A stretch of 64,000 bases of DNA from NCBI GenBank assembly GCA_016933255.1, contig JAFGBF010000005.1, positions 27,750 to 91,749 of the forward strand, in the 5' to 3' direction. Below are positions 1 through 9,331 of this stretch, in pieces. The notes beneath the pieces are model-generated. The model made no database searches. It was not told where the DNA came from and worked only from the letters and a program-made list of their open reading frames with translations. The translations under genes were made by a program, and so were the position numbers. The DNA is from Candidatus Krumholzibacteriota bacterium. GTDB lineage: Bacteria > Krumholzibacteriota > Krumholzibacteriia > Krumholzibacteriales > Krumholzibacteriaceae. The first letter of the stretch is position 1. Every line of letters starts with the position of its first letter.

Positions 1-10
1 AGGTGGGAAG

Positions 11-1462
11 ATGAGTGATTTCAAGCTGAATTCAACAAACTGGCAGGATGGAATGCTCCTGACGATGGGGCATCTGAGGGATCAGGACCGTTATTTTGAG
101 GAACTCGTCCGGTGGCATGCCACGGGAGCGGATGACAATTACGGCCTTGTCAAAAAGAGAAAAGACCAACCGTCCCTTATTCTGAATTCCACGCTGAGTT
201 CGAACAGGCTGATAGTGGAAGTCAAAAGGTGCCAGGCTCTTCTGCCATGCGGAGCGTTTATCGAATTTAACGAGACTTTGAGCGGAGGAGGCGTCCTGAG
301 GGCCGAGATCGAGGCCGGCGACCCTATAGTCCGTGTATATATCGGAGCCGATACCGCTGACAAGAAACAGGTCGGAGACCCCGATCCGTCAGAAGAAGTG
401 CCCAGGGTGCCTTATGAACTGCCGAACTATATTGTAGCCCTGAAAGATCCTCCGAACCTTCCTGAAGACAGATATATGCAGATAGCAGAATTGGCTGTCC
501 AGGGTTCGGAAGTATCTCAGGTCGAGGGGTATTTCCCGCCCTGCCTGCGTATCAACGCGGACGAGCGGCTTTCATCCGCCGCGATCAACTACCGAAACCG
601 TGTTGAAAATCTTCTGAAACTCTCGATCAACGCATTTCTGTCCGCTTCTTCGGATAAAAGCCTCGAAGGAGCTTCGACGAGGCTTCAGAGCGCGTTCAGA
701 GAGACGACATATTATCTTGTCTATCATATGTCATCGCATCTGGATGATTTTATAGTCGGACGCAACGCTCCTCATCCCGGCCGTATGATCGTTCAGTTCA
801 AGAAACTCTTCAGAGTGGTCTCCTCGCTGTTTAATCTGCAGCCTGCGCTGAAAGACTATCTCAATGAAAAGTTTTTCACCAGGGAGACAGGCTCTGACAT
901 AGGGGCCTATCTATCATCTGTAGATTCGTTTCTTCTCTCTGAATATAACCACAGGGATATCGCTTCGCAGATCCGCATGATAGACGGGATACTCGATATT
1001 CTCCGGGCGCTGATGGCCTTTTTATCAAAGACAAGCCTCGATCAGCTGAGCGAGCAGGCTGTCGCCACTGAGACGTTGATGTACCGGGGAAAGACTTATA
1101 ATAATACCAGCTTGAAAAGCAGCAAACTTGAACAGGTCGGCGAGCTGAGCTATCTTGTGATGGAATTTACGAAGCCGACACCTGTCGATGATGCCTTGAC
1201 CCTGATCAATAAGGATATTTTCTCTGACAGCGAGTGGAGGTCGATGCAGGTACGCCTCGGCCTTAACAATGCCCGGGGGCTCGGAGAAACAGACCCGGTA
1301 GACGTGGATATAAACAGTTACAGTAACAAAGTAGTACTTCATCCTCTCGATATGCTCCAGTCCTCATCTGTAAATCAGGTGACGCTGGTATTTCGGGGGA
1401 TGAGTGACAGTCAGAAACTTGGCAGTCTCGGGAAAACAGACCTGATCCTGTATATCGTTTGA
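11..1462 (+). CDS. tssK: Type VI secretion baseplate subunit TssK-like protein (483 aa)
   Basis: N-terminal NWQDGMLLTMGHLRDQDRYFE...NYGL...CQALLPCG matches the TssK/VasE W-x-[DE]-G-M-x-L-xxx-H-x-xx-Q-D motif; internal YFPPCL and EYNHRDI also resemble TssK; TssK-like length; AGGTGG upstream of ATG. Confidence 0.72.
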   Translation: MSDFKLNSTNWQDGMLLTMGHLRDQDRYFEELVRWHATGADDNYGLVKKRKDQPSLILNSTLSSNRLIVEVKRCQALLPCGAFIEFNETLSGGGVLRAEIEAGDPIVRVYIGADTADKKQVGDPDPSEEVPRVPYELPNYIVALKDPPNLPEDRYMQIAELAVQGSEVSQVEGYFPPCLRINADERLSSAAINYRNRVENLLKLSINAFLSASSDKSLEGASTRLQSAFRETTYYLVYHMSSHLDDFIVGRNAPHPGRMIVQFKKLFRVVSSLFNLQPALKDYLNEKFFTRETGSDIGAYLSSVDSFLLSEYNHRDIASQIRMIDGILDILRALMAFLSKTSLDQLSEQAVATETLMYRGKTYNNTSLKSSKLEQVGELSYLVMEFTKPTPVDDALTLINKDIFSDSEWRSMQVRLGLNNARGLGETDPVDVDINSYSNKVVLHPLDMLQSSSVNQVTLVFRGMSDSQKLGSLGKTDLILYIV

Positions 1463-1477
1463 GGCGGGGAGATATAG

Positions 1478-2407
1478 ATGAGTGAAGGAATTACATCTTA
1501 TATTGACGATCTGTTCAAGTATATCGACGACTATGAAAAAAGTTATTCGTCTTTCGAAGTCGAAGCTTTTTTCCAGACATATAACGGCATCTGCGCTGTC
1601 TTTCAGGCTTTGAGGCAGCAGCGCGAAAAGGCTGTGGAAGTCGACCGGGTATTTCTTGAAAAGATCAAGCGAGGACCTCTTAACAGCTCTGATCTCAGAC
1701 AGCTGACGATCCAGGTGCTGATATCGTTTTTTGAATCGATCGCCGATACCGACGGGCAGTCTAACCGCGCGTACCTGTATTGCCGGGAATTCAGAAACGT
1801 TAAGAGGGATGTGCCGTATTTCGAAGACTCGCTGATCCCTCTGTTGATGCGCGATGGAAGCCTGTATAACAATTTCAGGCTGAACAGTTTCTTCCTGAAG
1901 GAGATCGGACGTTTTATAACTAATTTCAGCAGCGGATGGAACATCGAACCGACCTTTGAGGATTTCAAGGGTTTTTCAGATCCGATGAAGCTGCTGACCC
2001 TTTATATAAGGCGCCTGAAGCTGGGAACCGATCTGGCGAAGGACAGAAATTCACTGGAGTTTCATATGCAGAGCGTCGGCGGACTGGCAAAATTGCGGCA
2101 ATCCGGAGACCTGTATGAACAGTACCTGCTCGAGTGGGGCTATCTGAGTGATGAATCTTTCTTCGACCGGGTGAAAAAAAGCCTTATTGTTCTCTGGAGT
2201 AATTTCAAGGGATTATGCTCAAACTTCAATTATCTTCGTCTTGCTCTCGCGCAGCGGTATTCTGCATATCTCTTCTATAGCGTGGTGATTATAATCTTCC
2301 TTCTTCTCGCTATCATAGTGCCGGGAAGATGGAACAGATTTACAGAAAAGAAACTTGCTGAATTTGAGAACCGTGTGGACCAGACGGAAGAAGCGATAGG
2401 GAAGTAG
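1478..2407 (+). CDS. Hypothetical helical protein with single C-terminal TM anchor (TssL-like position and topology)
   Basis: 309-aa ORF with GGGGAG RBS; hydrophobic AYLFYSVVIIIFLLLAIIVPG near C-terminus; lies between TssK-like and TssM-like genes; no DotU sequence motif recognised. Confidence 0.6.
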   Translation: MSEGITSYIDDLFKYIDDYEKSYSSFEVEAFFQTYNGICAVFQALRQQREKAVEVDRVFLEKIKRGPLNSSDLRQLTIQVLISFFESIADTDGQSNRAYLYCREFRNVKRDVPYFEDSLIPLLMRDGSLYNNFRLNSFFLKEIGRFITNFSSGWNIEPTFEDFKGFSDPMKLLTLYIRRLKLGTDLAKDRNSLEFHMQSVGGLAKLRQSGDLYEQYLLEWGYLSDESFFDRVKKSLIVLWSNFKGLCSNFNYLRLALAQRYSAYLFYSVVIIIFLLLAIIVPGRWNRFTEKKLAEFENRVDQTEEAIGK

Positions 2408-2423
2408 AAGGCGGGTAGAATCA

Positions 2424-4634
2424 ATGAAAAAAAGCGGACTGTTTAAATTCGCAAAAAAAGGCTCTAAAAAAATAAAAAAATCACGCGGCGGGTCCGGCGC
2501 GGGGAAACAGAAATACCCTCCCGGCATAAGGATAGGCATATTCGGCCACGAGAATACAAGCAAGACGGTGTACCTTACCGTGCTTTACCACCAGAGCAAG
2601 ATCGACAAAAAACTCCAGATATCAGTCACCGACAACGATACGTCGAACGAGTTCCTTTCCAATTACATGTCTATCTGGGGGTTTGATTCCGGGACTTCAA
2701 TGGGTACGATTGTGAATCAGGCGGGTGAAAAGAAATTCCCCAAGCCTACCGAAAAAGACAAGATCCTTCAGTTTACAGCTATCATTGAGGGAAACAAAAA
2801 GGTCCCCGTTGTGACGTACGATTACAGCGGGAAGACCGTCTCGATCTCCGAATACAGTGATGAGGCGGAGAAGGTCAATGATTTCATGGCTTCAGCTGAC
2901 GGGCTTCTCTTCTTTTTTGATCCGAAGATACTCGGAGCGGATATGGAAGTGCAGGCGAGGGTCTCGGCATTCATCAGTGCCCTCGAACAGGTTGCGCCTC
3001 TGAGGTCCAGGCTATCGATACCTATCGGGCTGGTCGTCACCAAATCAGACATTCTGCCCGGGTACAAAGGGGAAGAGAATACCATCCTGATAAGTTCCGA
3101 GGATGAACAGTTCGTATCTGAGGGGTACGAGGAATTTCTCGAAAAGGTGCTCAGCAGCAGCAATGTAACGGCAAACAGCGAGTGGGCTTCTTCTGTAAGA
3201 AAGATCCTTGTCAAACTCAGTGAGTTTCTCAGGGTAGTCGTCGGGCGGACTCTTGATTTTCAGATATTCTTTATCTCGAATACCGGAAACGCCCCTATCA
3301 AGGTAGGCACGGATGTAGGCCGTTCGATCTATCAGCCCCCCGAGAAGATCACTCCATGCGGCGTAAGGGAACCTTTCTACTGGATCCTTAACTCTGTGAT
3401 GCGCAGCAGAAAACTCAATGTCATGAGGAAGGTCGTCAAGTATGTAGTCGCAGCTTCCCTGATATGGACGGTTGTATACTCGGCGCCGTTTCTTCTCCAT
3501 TTCGCCGGGCTCTTAAGCTCTCCGCAGAGGGTGGAAAAGAGCGTCCTCAAGTCGGTAGAGGGGAACCATCTCAATACATCCGAGACTCAGCGCATGGATA
3601 TTATCAGAGCGTACAGCCGGTATAGCGATAAATGGCTTGTCAAAAAATTCTTCCCCGATTTCCGTGTGACTTCGATAAAGATGAAAGAAGTATATCAGGA
3701 TTTCAATATGGGTCCTGCGCTCGAAAGACTCGACGGGCTTATCAATGATATTACAAAAATAATCCAGACTCCTGCGCTCCGCCCCAAATATGACCCCGGG
3801 CTGGACAGTCTGATGCTTGACAATGCACAGATGAAGATCAAGTCCGACCTTGAAGCTATGCATGTCGGCGGCAAAGGTTCTGTCTTATATGAGAGATCCG
3901 ACAGGGCGCTCCGTTACTGGGAGCTTTTCACAGAGCTGATCAAAGCCCCGAGGGATACGGCGCTTTTCGACAAGATCGACGAGCAGGTGGCTTTTAACAG
4001 TAAAAACGCCCAAAACTATACAGATTCAGAGAAGCAGCTGGGTAATGCCCTTTTGAGCAGTATCAATATATCCTCACCCGAACCGGTGCGCAGCGCCAGA
4101 TCGACAAGATCAGCGGTCGGAGAATATGACAAGCTGAAGGAGCGTATAAACAACTCTACAGACCCGAAATTCGTTCTTGAGGATGCGGCTGGAAAACTCG
4201 CTTCGATAAAAGGAAGTCTGGGGTCTGCAGCGCATGGCAGGCAGATATCGGCGATAAACGAATTTATCGCGAGCGTTGAAAAATACAAAAAGAAACAGAC
4301 GTATACCTGCATCCTTCAGACGGTTCCTGACTTCGGGCATCTTCACATCGAAGTGACAGGTTCGAGCGGGGAGCCGACCTGGTCGAAGGCTGAAGAGGTG
4401 GGCCAGCTTCTGGAGGGTTCCAAACTGTCATTCAAATGGAAGGCAGGAGACGATATACATATAGCCTTCGATGAACTTGGATACTGCAACTGGGGGAACA
4501 AGCCGAGTGACAAGGTTGTATTGCAGTCGGAATACGCGATATTCGAGATGCAGGGGAGTATTACATTTTCAAATATCGGAAAAACGGTTAAAATAAGTTT
4601 TAAACCGGAGCTTAAACTTCCAAAACTGAAGTAA
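2424..4634 (+). CDS. TRAFAC-class GTPase domain + TM + extracytoplasmic domain (TssM/IcmF-like architecture, 736 aa)
   Basis: G1-like GHENTSKT, G3 DYSG, G4 TKSD in IPIGLVVTKSDILPGY, G5-like FISNTG; TM YVVAASLIWTVVYSAPFLLHFAGLL at about aa 340-365; large helical then beta C-terminal region. Confidence 0.7.
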   Translation: MKKSGLFKFAKKGSKKIKKSRGGSGAGKQKYPPGIRIGIFGHENTSKTVYLTVLYHQSKIDKKLQISVTDNDTSNEFLSNYMSIWGFDSGTSMGTIVNQAGEKKFPKPTEKDKILQFTAIIEGNKKVPVVTYDYSGKTVSISEYSDEAEKVNDFMASADGLLFFFDPKILGADMEVQARVSAFISALEQVAPLRSRLSIPIGLVVTKSDILPGYKGEENTILISSEDEQFVSEGYEEFLEKVLSSSNVTANSEWASSVRKILVKLSEFLRVVVGRTLDFQIFFISNTGNAPIKVGTDVGRSIYQPPEKITPCGVREPFYWILNSVMRSRKLNVMRKVVKYVVAASLIWTVVYSAPFLLHFAGLLSSPQRVEKSVLKSVEGNHLNTSETQRMDIIRAYSRYSDKWLVKKFFPDFRVTSIKMKEVYQDFNMGPALERLDGLINDITKIIQTPALRPKYDPGLDSLMLDNAQMKIKSDLEAMHVGGKGSVLYERSDRALRYWELFTELIKAPRDTALFDKIDEQVAFNSKNAQNYTDSEKQLGNALLSSINISSPEPVRSARSTRSAVGEYDKLKERINNSTDPKFVLEDAAGKLASIKGSLGSAAHGRQISAINEFIASVEKYKKKQTYTCILQTVPDFGHLHIEVTGSSGEPTWSKAEEVGQLLEGSKLSFKWKAGDDIHIAFDELGYCNWGNKPSDKVVLQSEYAIFEMQGSITFSNIGKTVKISFKPELKLPKLK

Positions 4635-4656
4635 GCGCCAGAAAGCGGGTAAAGGG

Positions 4657-5166
4657 ATGAACAGGTTAAAGTCGATAACAGCGGTTGTCCTCGTCGTATT
4701 GTTTGTTTCTACGGCGGTCAATGCCGGTAAAGTCGTTGTTCCGGAAGGGACAGAACTGAAGGTGAGATTTGATCCTGCCATGCAGATCAGTTCGGGAAAA
4801 CTCCAGCCGGGTATATCGATCTCGATCTATCTTGCCGAGGATGTCAAGGTCGGAGGGAAGACTATCATAGAAGCCGGAGCCGAGGGTACGGCGAAGGTAG
4901 AGGAGATCATCGATTCCTCGAGGCCCGGAAAACCCGGAGCGATCAAGGTCGCCTTTGTCGATCTCGGTACAAAAGGCAAGTACAAAACGGCCGAAGACGC
5001 GGTCATCAAACTCTCAGGCACAGTCGAGGCCAAGGGCAAAAGCAGAAAGATCGTCTCCTGGCTCTTTATTCTCGGAGCGTTTATCAGCGGGACCGACGGA
5101 GAGATCGACACGACTCTCGATTATCCGGCCAAGATAGTAGAGACGGTGGTGCTGGAGAGCGAATAA
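4657..5166 (+). CDS. Secreted small beta-rich protein, VirB10/TrbI-like pattern
   Basis: Signal peptide (MNRLKSITAVVLVVLFVSTAVNA); VPEGTELKVRF...ISS...EDVKVGG..IIEAG pattern; internal hydrophobic segment IVSWLFILGAFISG. Confidence 0.65.
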   Translation: MNRLKSITAVVLVVLFVSTAVNAGKVVVPEGTELKVRFDPAMQISSGKLQPGISISIYLAEDVKVGGKTIIEAGAEGTAKVEEIIDSSRPGKPGAIKVAFVDLGTKGKYKTAEDAVIKLSGTVEAKGKSRKIVSWLFILGAFISGTDGEIDTTLDYPAKIVETVVLESE

Positions 5167-5198
5167 GAAACGGGATCCCTCATCGACAGGTAAAGATA

Positions 5199-5224
5199 AA
5201 CAGGCCGGCATCCGCCGGCCTGTT
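5199..5224. terminator. Hairpin between convergent operons, probable bidirectional intrinsic terminator
   Basis: AACAGGCCGGC-ATCC-GCCGGCCTGTT perfect 11-bp stem, AT-rich flanks, between stops at 5166(+) and 5284(-). Confidence 0.75.
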
Positions 5225-5283
5225 ACTTTATCATCTGAAAAAGCCTGAACAGGAAATCGAACTCCACTCCTCGCCCAGCCGGA

Positions 5284-6831
5284 TCACCAGGCATACAGCC
5301 TTTCTATCACATATATATCGAACGCCGAGTCGAACAGTTCGACGTCGTCGATTCCTCCACTATAATATCTGGGCACCTCGGCGTTATCCTTTCCCATCAG
5401 GAGCGGGCCGGAGGTCACAGGGGCGACCCCGGTCCCGTCGCCGCTTATCCAGGCTCCGGGGACAGCTATCGGGCCGTCCCAGAAGGCCACCAGAAGAGCC
5501 GATGAAGGGTCTCCGAAGGAGTAGGAGAATATATAATGGTTCCAGCCGTCAAGCATCCAGGTCGGAAGATCGACCCGGTATGTGTGAGTCGTCGAGCCGC
5601 CGTAGGTGAACAGGAACGAAAAGAACTCATCCGCGTCCGAAAGGTTCTCGACAGAGATCCTGTAGTTTATCGCGCCATTCTCCGACCTCTTGCTGATGAT
5701 CGTCCCGGTCGGGAAATAACCGGGGAGCTGCTGTTTCGCATCGACGGGATAGGCATCCGAGATATCCAGCCAGAAGGCGACAGTTATCCCTTCATCGAGA
5801 TCAAGAAGATCGTTGTCGGGGACCTCTATGAAGTCGCTGTATCCGTTGAAGTATCTGGCGTTGCCGTAGGCTCCCTCGAGGATCGTAGTCCCCTCTGCTG
5901 TCCCGTGAAGGAGGTTCGGCGATGTGTCCTCTATCCATGAAGGGTCTTCGCTCCCTTCGCCCCATCCCATATTCCATTCGGCGACTATTGAGGAGGTGTA
6001 GAAGAAAAGGTCGGCCTGCGCGTTTTCGTGATAGATGTCTTTTGGCGAGATGATATTTTCCTCAGTGTCCATAATAAGCTGGATCCCGGGATAGAAATTG
6101 ACCAGTTCGGCAACATGGTCATTAAAATATGTCATGATATTAATAGTCACAAGGTTTGCGTATCCGTTCGAATCAGTGAGGCTCCCGCCGAAATTGTGAG
6201 AGACCCTGAATTGTACGGAACCGCCGGTCTGGACGGAGTAGATAAGGGTGGCTATATCCTTCAGAGCCGGGTTCAGCTCGATCCCGCGCATAGGATATGT
6301 GTCCTCTGTTATCATCCCGTAATTATAGAGCACCCCTTCAAAGATACTCATCTTCTCGATATTGAATACCTTTACTTCCATAGGCAGCATCGATCCCATC
6401 GGCCTCTTTGCGTAGGCCGGAGAGACCTTTACCATCTGAACGCGGGGGTAAAGATCGATGCTAAGGGTCACCGCGGTTCCCGGTTCTACATCGGATACAG
6501 TCTCGCCGGAATATACCAATACTCCGCCGCCGTCGAACGCCTCGATCCTGAATAGCCGCGCCGGCCCGGCGGGAACGATCACTGTTCCGGTCAGAAAGCC
6601 GTCAGAAAAGAGAAGAGTCTCTTCCATAGGCTTCATCCCAGACCCGGATACCGTAAGAATAAAGGTCGTGGCGACTGTCGCGTCGAGCCCGCTGCTCGCG
6701 AGATCGATGCAGAGGTCGATCTCCTGCCCTCCGGCAGATGTGATCTTCTCCGAGCATGAGGTTAAAACCAGAGGAGTGAAAAGGAGCAGGATCATTAACA
6801 GGCTAGCAGTTCTGTGACGTCTTTCCATCAT
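5284..6831 (-). CDS. Lipoprotein with Ig/cohesin-like domains and C-terminal LamG-like jellyroll domain
   Basis: Lipobox VLTSC; AAGGAG RBS; LamG-type DTSPNLLHGT...YFNGYSDFIEVPDNDLLD...ITVAFW...YSGGIDDVELFD. Confidence 0.75.
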   Translation of the reverse strand: MMERRHRTASLLMILLLFTPLVLTSCSEKITSAGGQEIDLCIDLASSGLDATVATTFILTVSGSGMKPMEETLLFSDGFLTGTVIVPAGPARLFRIEAFDGGGVLVYSGETVSDVEPGTAVTLSIDLYPRVQMVKVSPAYAKRPMGSMLPMEVKVFNIEKMSIFEGVLYNYGMITEDTYPMRGIELNPALKDIATLIYSVQTGGSVQFRVSHNFGGSLTDSNGYANLVTINIMTYFNDHVAELVNFYPGIQLIMDTEENIISPKDIYHENAQADLFFYTSSIVAEWNMGWGEGSEDPSWIEDTSPNLLHGTAEGTTILEGAYGNARYFNGYSDFIEVPDNDLLDLDEGITVAFWLDISDAYPVDAKQQLPGYFPTGTIISKRSENGAINYRISVENLSDADEFFSFLFTYGGSTTHTYRVDLPTWMLDGWNHYIFSYSFGDPSSALLVAFWDGPIAVPGAWISGDGTGVAPVTSGPLLMGKDNAEVPRYYSGGIDDVELFDSAFDIYVIERLYAW

Positions 6832-6840
6832 TGACTCCTT

Positions 6841-7962
6841 TTAGTAGGCGACCCTGAGCCCGCCGGCAACCTGGATCCCCCTGATATCTATATCGTCGTA
6901 ATCGGTAGATCCTGTATGATAGATCAGCCCCAGATCGAGACTGAATCTCTCGGAAAAGCTTTTATTGAAGTCTGCGCCGAAATGATAGATCGATGATTTT
7001 CCAAGGTATTCTTCGCTGGTAAGTATCTGTCTCATACCGACAAGTCCGGCCAGCTGACTTCCTTTTCCCACGTTGTATGCTATGCGCAGGAAGGAATCGA
7101 ATTCATCTCCGTATTTTTTCAGCTGGCTGTCGATAACACCGTCTGTAACGCTGTATCTTTTGTTTCTTCCCCTTAGAATCATTCTGATGCCGAATGTAGC
7201 CGAATATTTATCAGCCGGATATACTGCCATCAGCCTCGCGTTGAATTGAGGGCCCTGTTTGTAGATATTATCGCCATCGAGCTGGTCAGTACCGAAAACG
7301 GAAAACCCTATATCGCCGGAATAGTCGATCTTTCTTATCGTCGCTGCAGCCGTAGCGTTGGCCGAGATGGCATCTCCCGGATCATAATCTCCGCCGTCAG
7401 AATACGGCTCGTACTTTCCGCAGTAATCGTATACGGCTGAAAGGCCGTACTTGAAACGCCCCGCCTCTTTAGCCCCTCCGGCCTGCAGGTTGAAACCGAG
7501 CCCTTCACCATACCTTCTCATCGGCAGGGAGAGGAAGTCGAAAGAAAGGAACTCGATGATCGCCCTGTCGGTCACGGGGTCGAGTTCTCTCTTTCCGGTG
7601 GGGAGATTGACCCCCGCCGAAAGCAGTATCTGGTCTTTTACGAACGAATGCGACATCTGGATCCTCAGATCGCTCAGGCCCGAAATGTCGGTCTCTCCGC
7701 TTCCGTAATCGAGGTTGTTGTATCCTTGCGCGATATAATATCTCGCTTCAAAGTTGTCCCTCAGGGGAAGAAATCCCGAAAAGATGACTGTCCTCTGAAG
7801 TATTATATTTTCCGTACCTGACGGGTCATCGAGCGTCCATCTGTTGTAGTGGAATTTCAGGATCGACGAACCCGGCTGCTGATATACTATCTGGCTCTCT
7901 GCTGAAGAAGCCAGTACAGAAAGGATAAAAATCACCGGCAGTATGATCTTTTTAGTCTGCAT
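6841..7962 (-). CDS. Outer-membrane beta-barrel protein (resembles phenol MetA-pathway/COG4313 'transporter' type)
   Basis: Signal peptide; amphipathic strands; GLSDLRIQMSH...SAGVNLPTGK motif; terminal GGLRVAY BAM-type aromatic end. Confidence 0.65.
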   Translation of the reverse strand: MQTKKIILPVIFILSVLASSAESQIVYQQPGSSILKFHYNRWTLDDPSGTENIILQRTVIFSGFLPLRDNFEARYYIAQGYNNLDYGSGETDISGLSDLRIQMSHSFVKDQILLSAGVNLPTGKRELDPVTDRAIIEFLSFDFLSLPMRRYGEGLGFNLQAGGAKEAGRFKYGLSAVYDYCGKYEPYSDGGDYDPGDAISANATAAATIRKIDYSGDIGFSVFGTDQLDGDNIYKQGPQFNARLMAVYPADKYSATFGIRMILRGRNKRYSVTDGVIDSQLKKYGDEFDSFLRIAYNVGKGSQLAGLVGMRQILTSEEYLGKSSIYHFGADFNKSFSERFSLDLGLIYHTGSTDYDDIDIRGIQVAGGLRVAY

Positions 7963-9286
7963 CCAAATTCCCTTCGATTAATATCGTTCCGTAACCTCTT
8001 CCGACGGGGCCTCCGCCTGGAGGGGCGATCGCGTAGGAACCGTATAACCAGTACAGTTCCGGATCCAATATGAAGTTGCCGTTCGCCAGATTTGCCGCCT
8101 GGACGCTGCCCAGGCCCCCTTCATCCTCGCCTCTCATCGATGAGGATACCTTTTTTTCGAAATCTGACCGCCCCTGTCCTGGTTTTCCCTGCTCGTCGTA
8201 ATCGGCGGTGCTGCCCATCCTTCCGGACATCTCGGCAGCCTGTGAAAAACCGGGATCCCGGCTGCTGGCGCTGCCGAACGATCTTGCCGCGTCCCTGTGC
8301 ATGCCCCGTTTCTCATAGAACAATCCCTCGCTGTATGACATGAAGGCGAGAAAATCCTCGGTCGGGACCTCTTCTATCGCATCGCGTTCTTTTTTGCTCA
8401 GCGCTATGCCGAGAGTATCGAGAAGGGAAAAAACGAAATTTTTCTGTACTGCGAAGAACTCGTCCAGCTCTCCCTGCATCGGTTCGGTACCTCTCGTAGA
8501 TCCCTTTGCAGTGTCTACCGTCCTGCTGTCGATACGAAATCCTTTTTCTCCTGAAGTGGTGATACTTCCGAGGACGACCTTTCTGCTTCCAAGGAGCCTC
8601 CCGACTCTGGGAGCAAGTGCGGGATCGGCATATTCAGACTCGCTGATCTTCAGTTCATCGAGGATGACGTTGATCTTCAGTCTTTCCAGGACCTTGAGCC
8701 CGGAGACTTTCGCAAGGTCCATCGCGGTAAATTCAGCGAGGCCGAGGGCCAGCGGCTCGAGTTCGGGGGGAAGGTTAGAACCGTCGAAGTTGATCACGGC
8801 GATACTGTTTTCGGGGGTCTCGGCGACGGAGAGGGAGTCTTCATCCCTGACGGCGACCCGCGCTTCCTCGATCAACTTTTTATCTATAAGGACGCCAAGG
8901 CGTTCTTCTATCATCTTTCTGTCTTTACCGCTTCCATAGAGGTTGATCGCAGCTCCATAGACCCTGATCGCCTTGTCGATCTCGCCGGTCTGCTCGAAGA
9001 TCAGGCCAAGATAAAAATTGGATAGCGCGTTGGGACGGATCCGGTTTGAAGAAGCGAATGCTTCTTCCGCTTTTCTCAGGACGCCCTGATTGTAATAAAC
9101 AACTCCGATCTCCCGCCAGGCCAGGAAATCGTCGGGAGCTTCTGCGACTGCGTCATACAGCCTGGCAAGGGCGACATCGTAATCGCCGTCTTCGGAGGCC
9201 GTTTTCCCCTGCGTGTAGAGGCTCTGCGCGCATCCAGCCGAGAGCAGAGCCGCTGTCAGCAGTAAAGCCGGGATAAATCTGCTCAT
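7952..9286 (-). CDS. TPR + CsgG/HfaB(TolB-N-like) domain lipoprotein
   Basis: Lipobox LLSAGC; TPRs (AWREIGVVYYNQG, SNFYLGLIFEQTG); SIAVINFD...GLAEFTAMDLA...VLERLKINVILDELK...RVGRLLG. Confidence 0.75.
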   Translation of the reverse strand: MSRFIPALLLTAALLSAGCAQSLYTQGKTASEDGDYDVALARLYDAVAEAPDDFLAWREIGVVYYNQGVLRKAEEAFASSNRIRPNALSNFYLGLIFEQTGEIDKAIRVYGAAINLYGSGKDRKMIEERLGVLIDKKLIEEARVAVRDEDSLSVAETPENSIAVINFDGSNLPPELEPLALGLAEFTAMDLAKVSGLKVLERLKINVILDELKISESEYADPALAPRVGRLLGSRKVVLGSITTSGEKGFRIDSRTVDTAKGSTRGTEPMQGELDEFFAVQKNFVFSLLDTLGIALSKKERDAIEEVPTEDFLAFMSYSEGLFYEKRGMHRDAARSFGSASSRDPGFSQAAEMSGRMGSTADYDEQGKPGQGRSDFEKKVSSSMRGEDEGGLGSVQAANLANGNFILDPELYWLYGSYAIAPPGGGPVGRGYGTILIEGNLDAD

Positions 9287-9331
9287 TAACCTCTCCTTGT
9301 CGTCAATCTTTTCCTGTCGTTCCGAGACGGA

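Noticed and set aside
2424-2480. Several A6-A7 runs at the start of the GTPase gene as phase-variation sites
   Set aside because: They encode the in-frame Lys-rich leader, and the ORF is intact.
2424-4634. Double-GTPase / ternary conflict system interpretation of the GTPase gene
   Set aside because: No second GTPase, GAP1 or EAD genes in view; the TssK neighbour and TM-periplasmic architecture fit a TssM-like role better. Not fully excluded.
6166-6174. GTTCGAATC T-loop-like motif
   Set aside because: Inside the LamG CDS; no cloverleaf, so not a tRNA.
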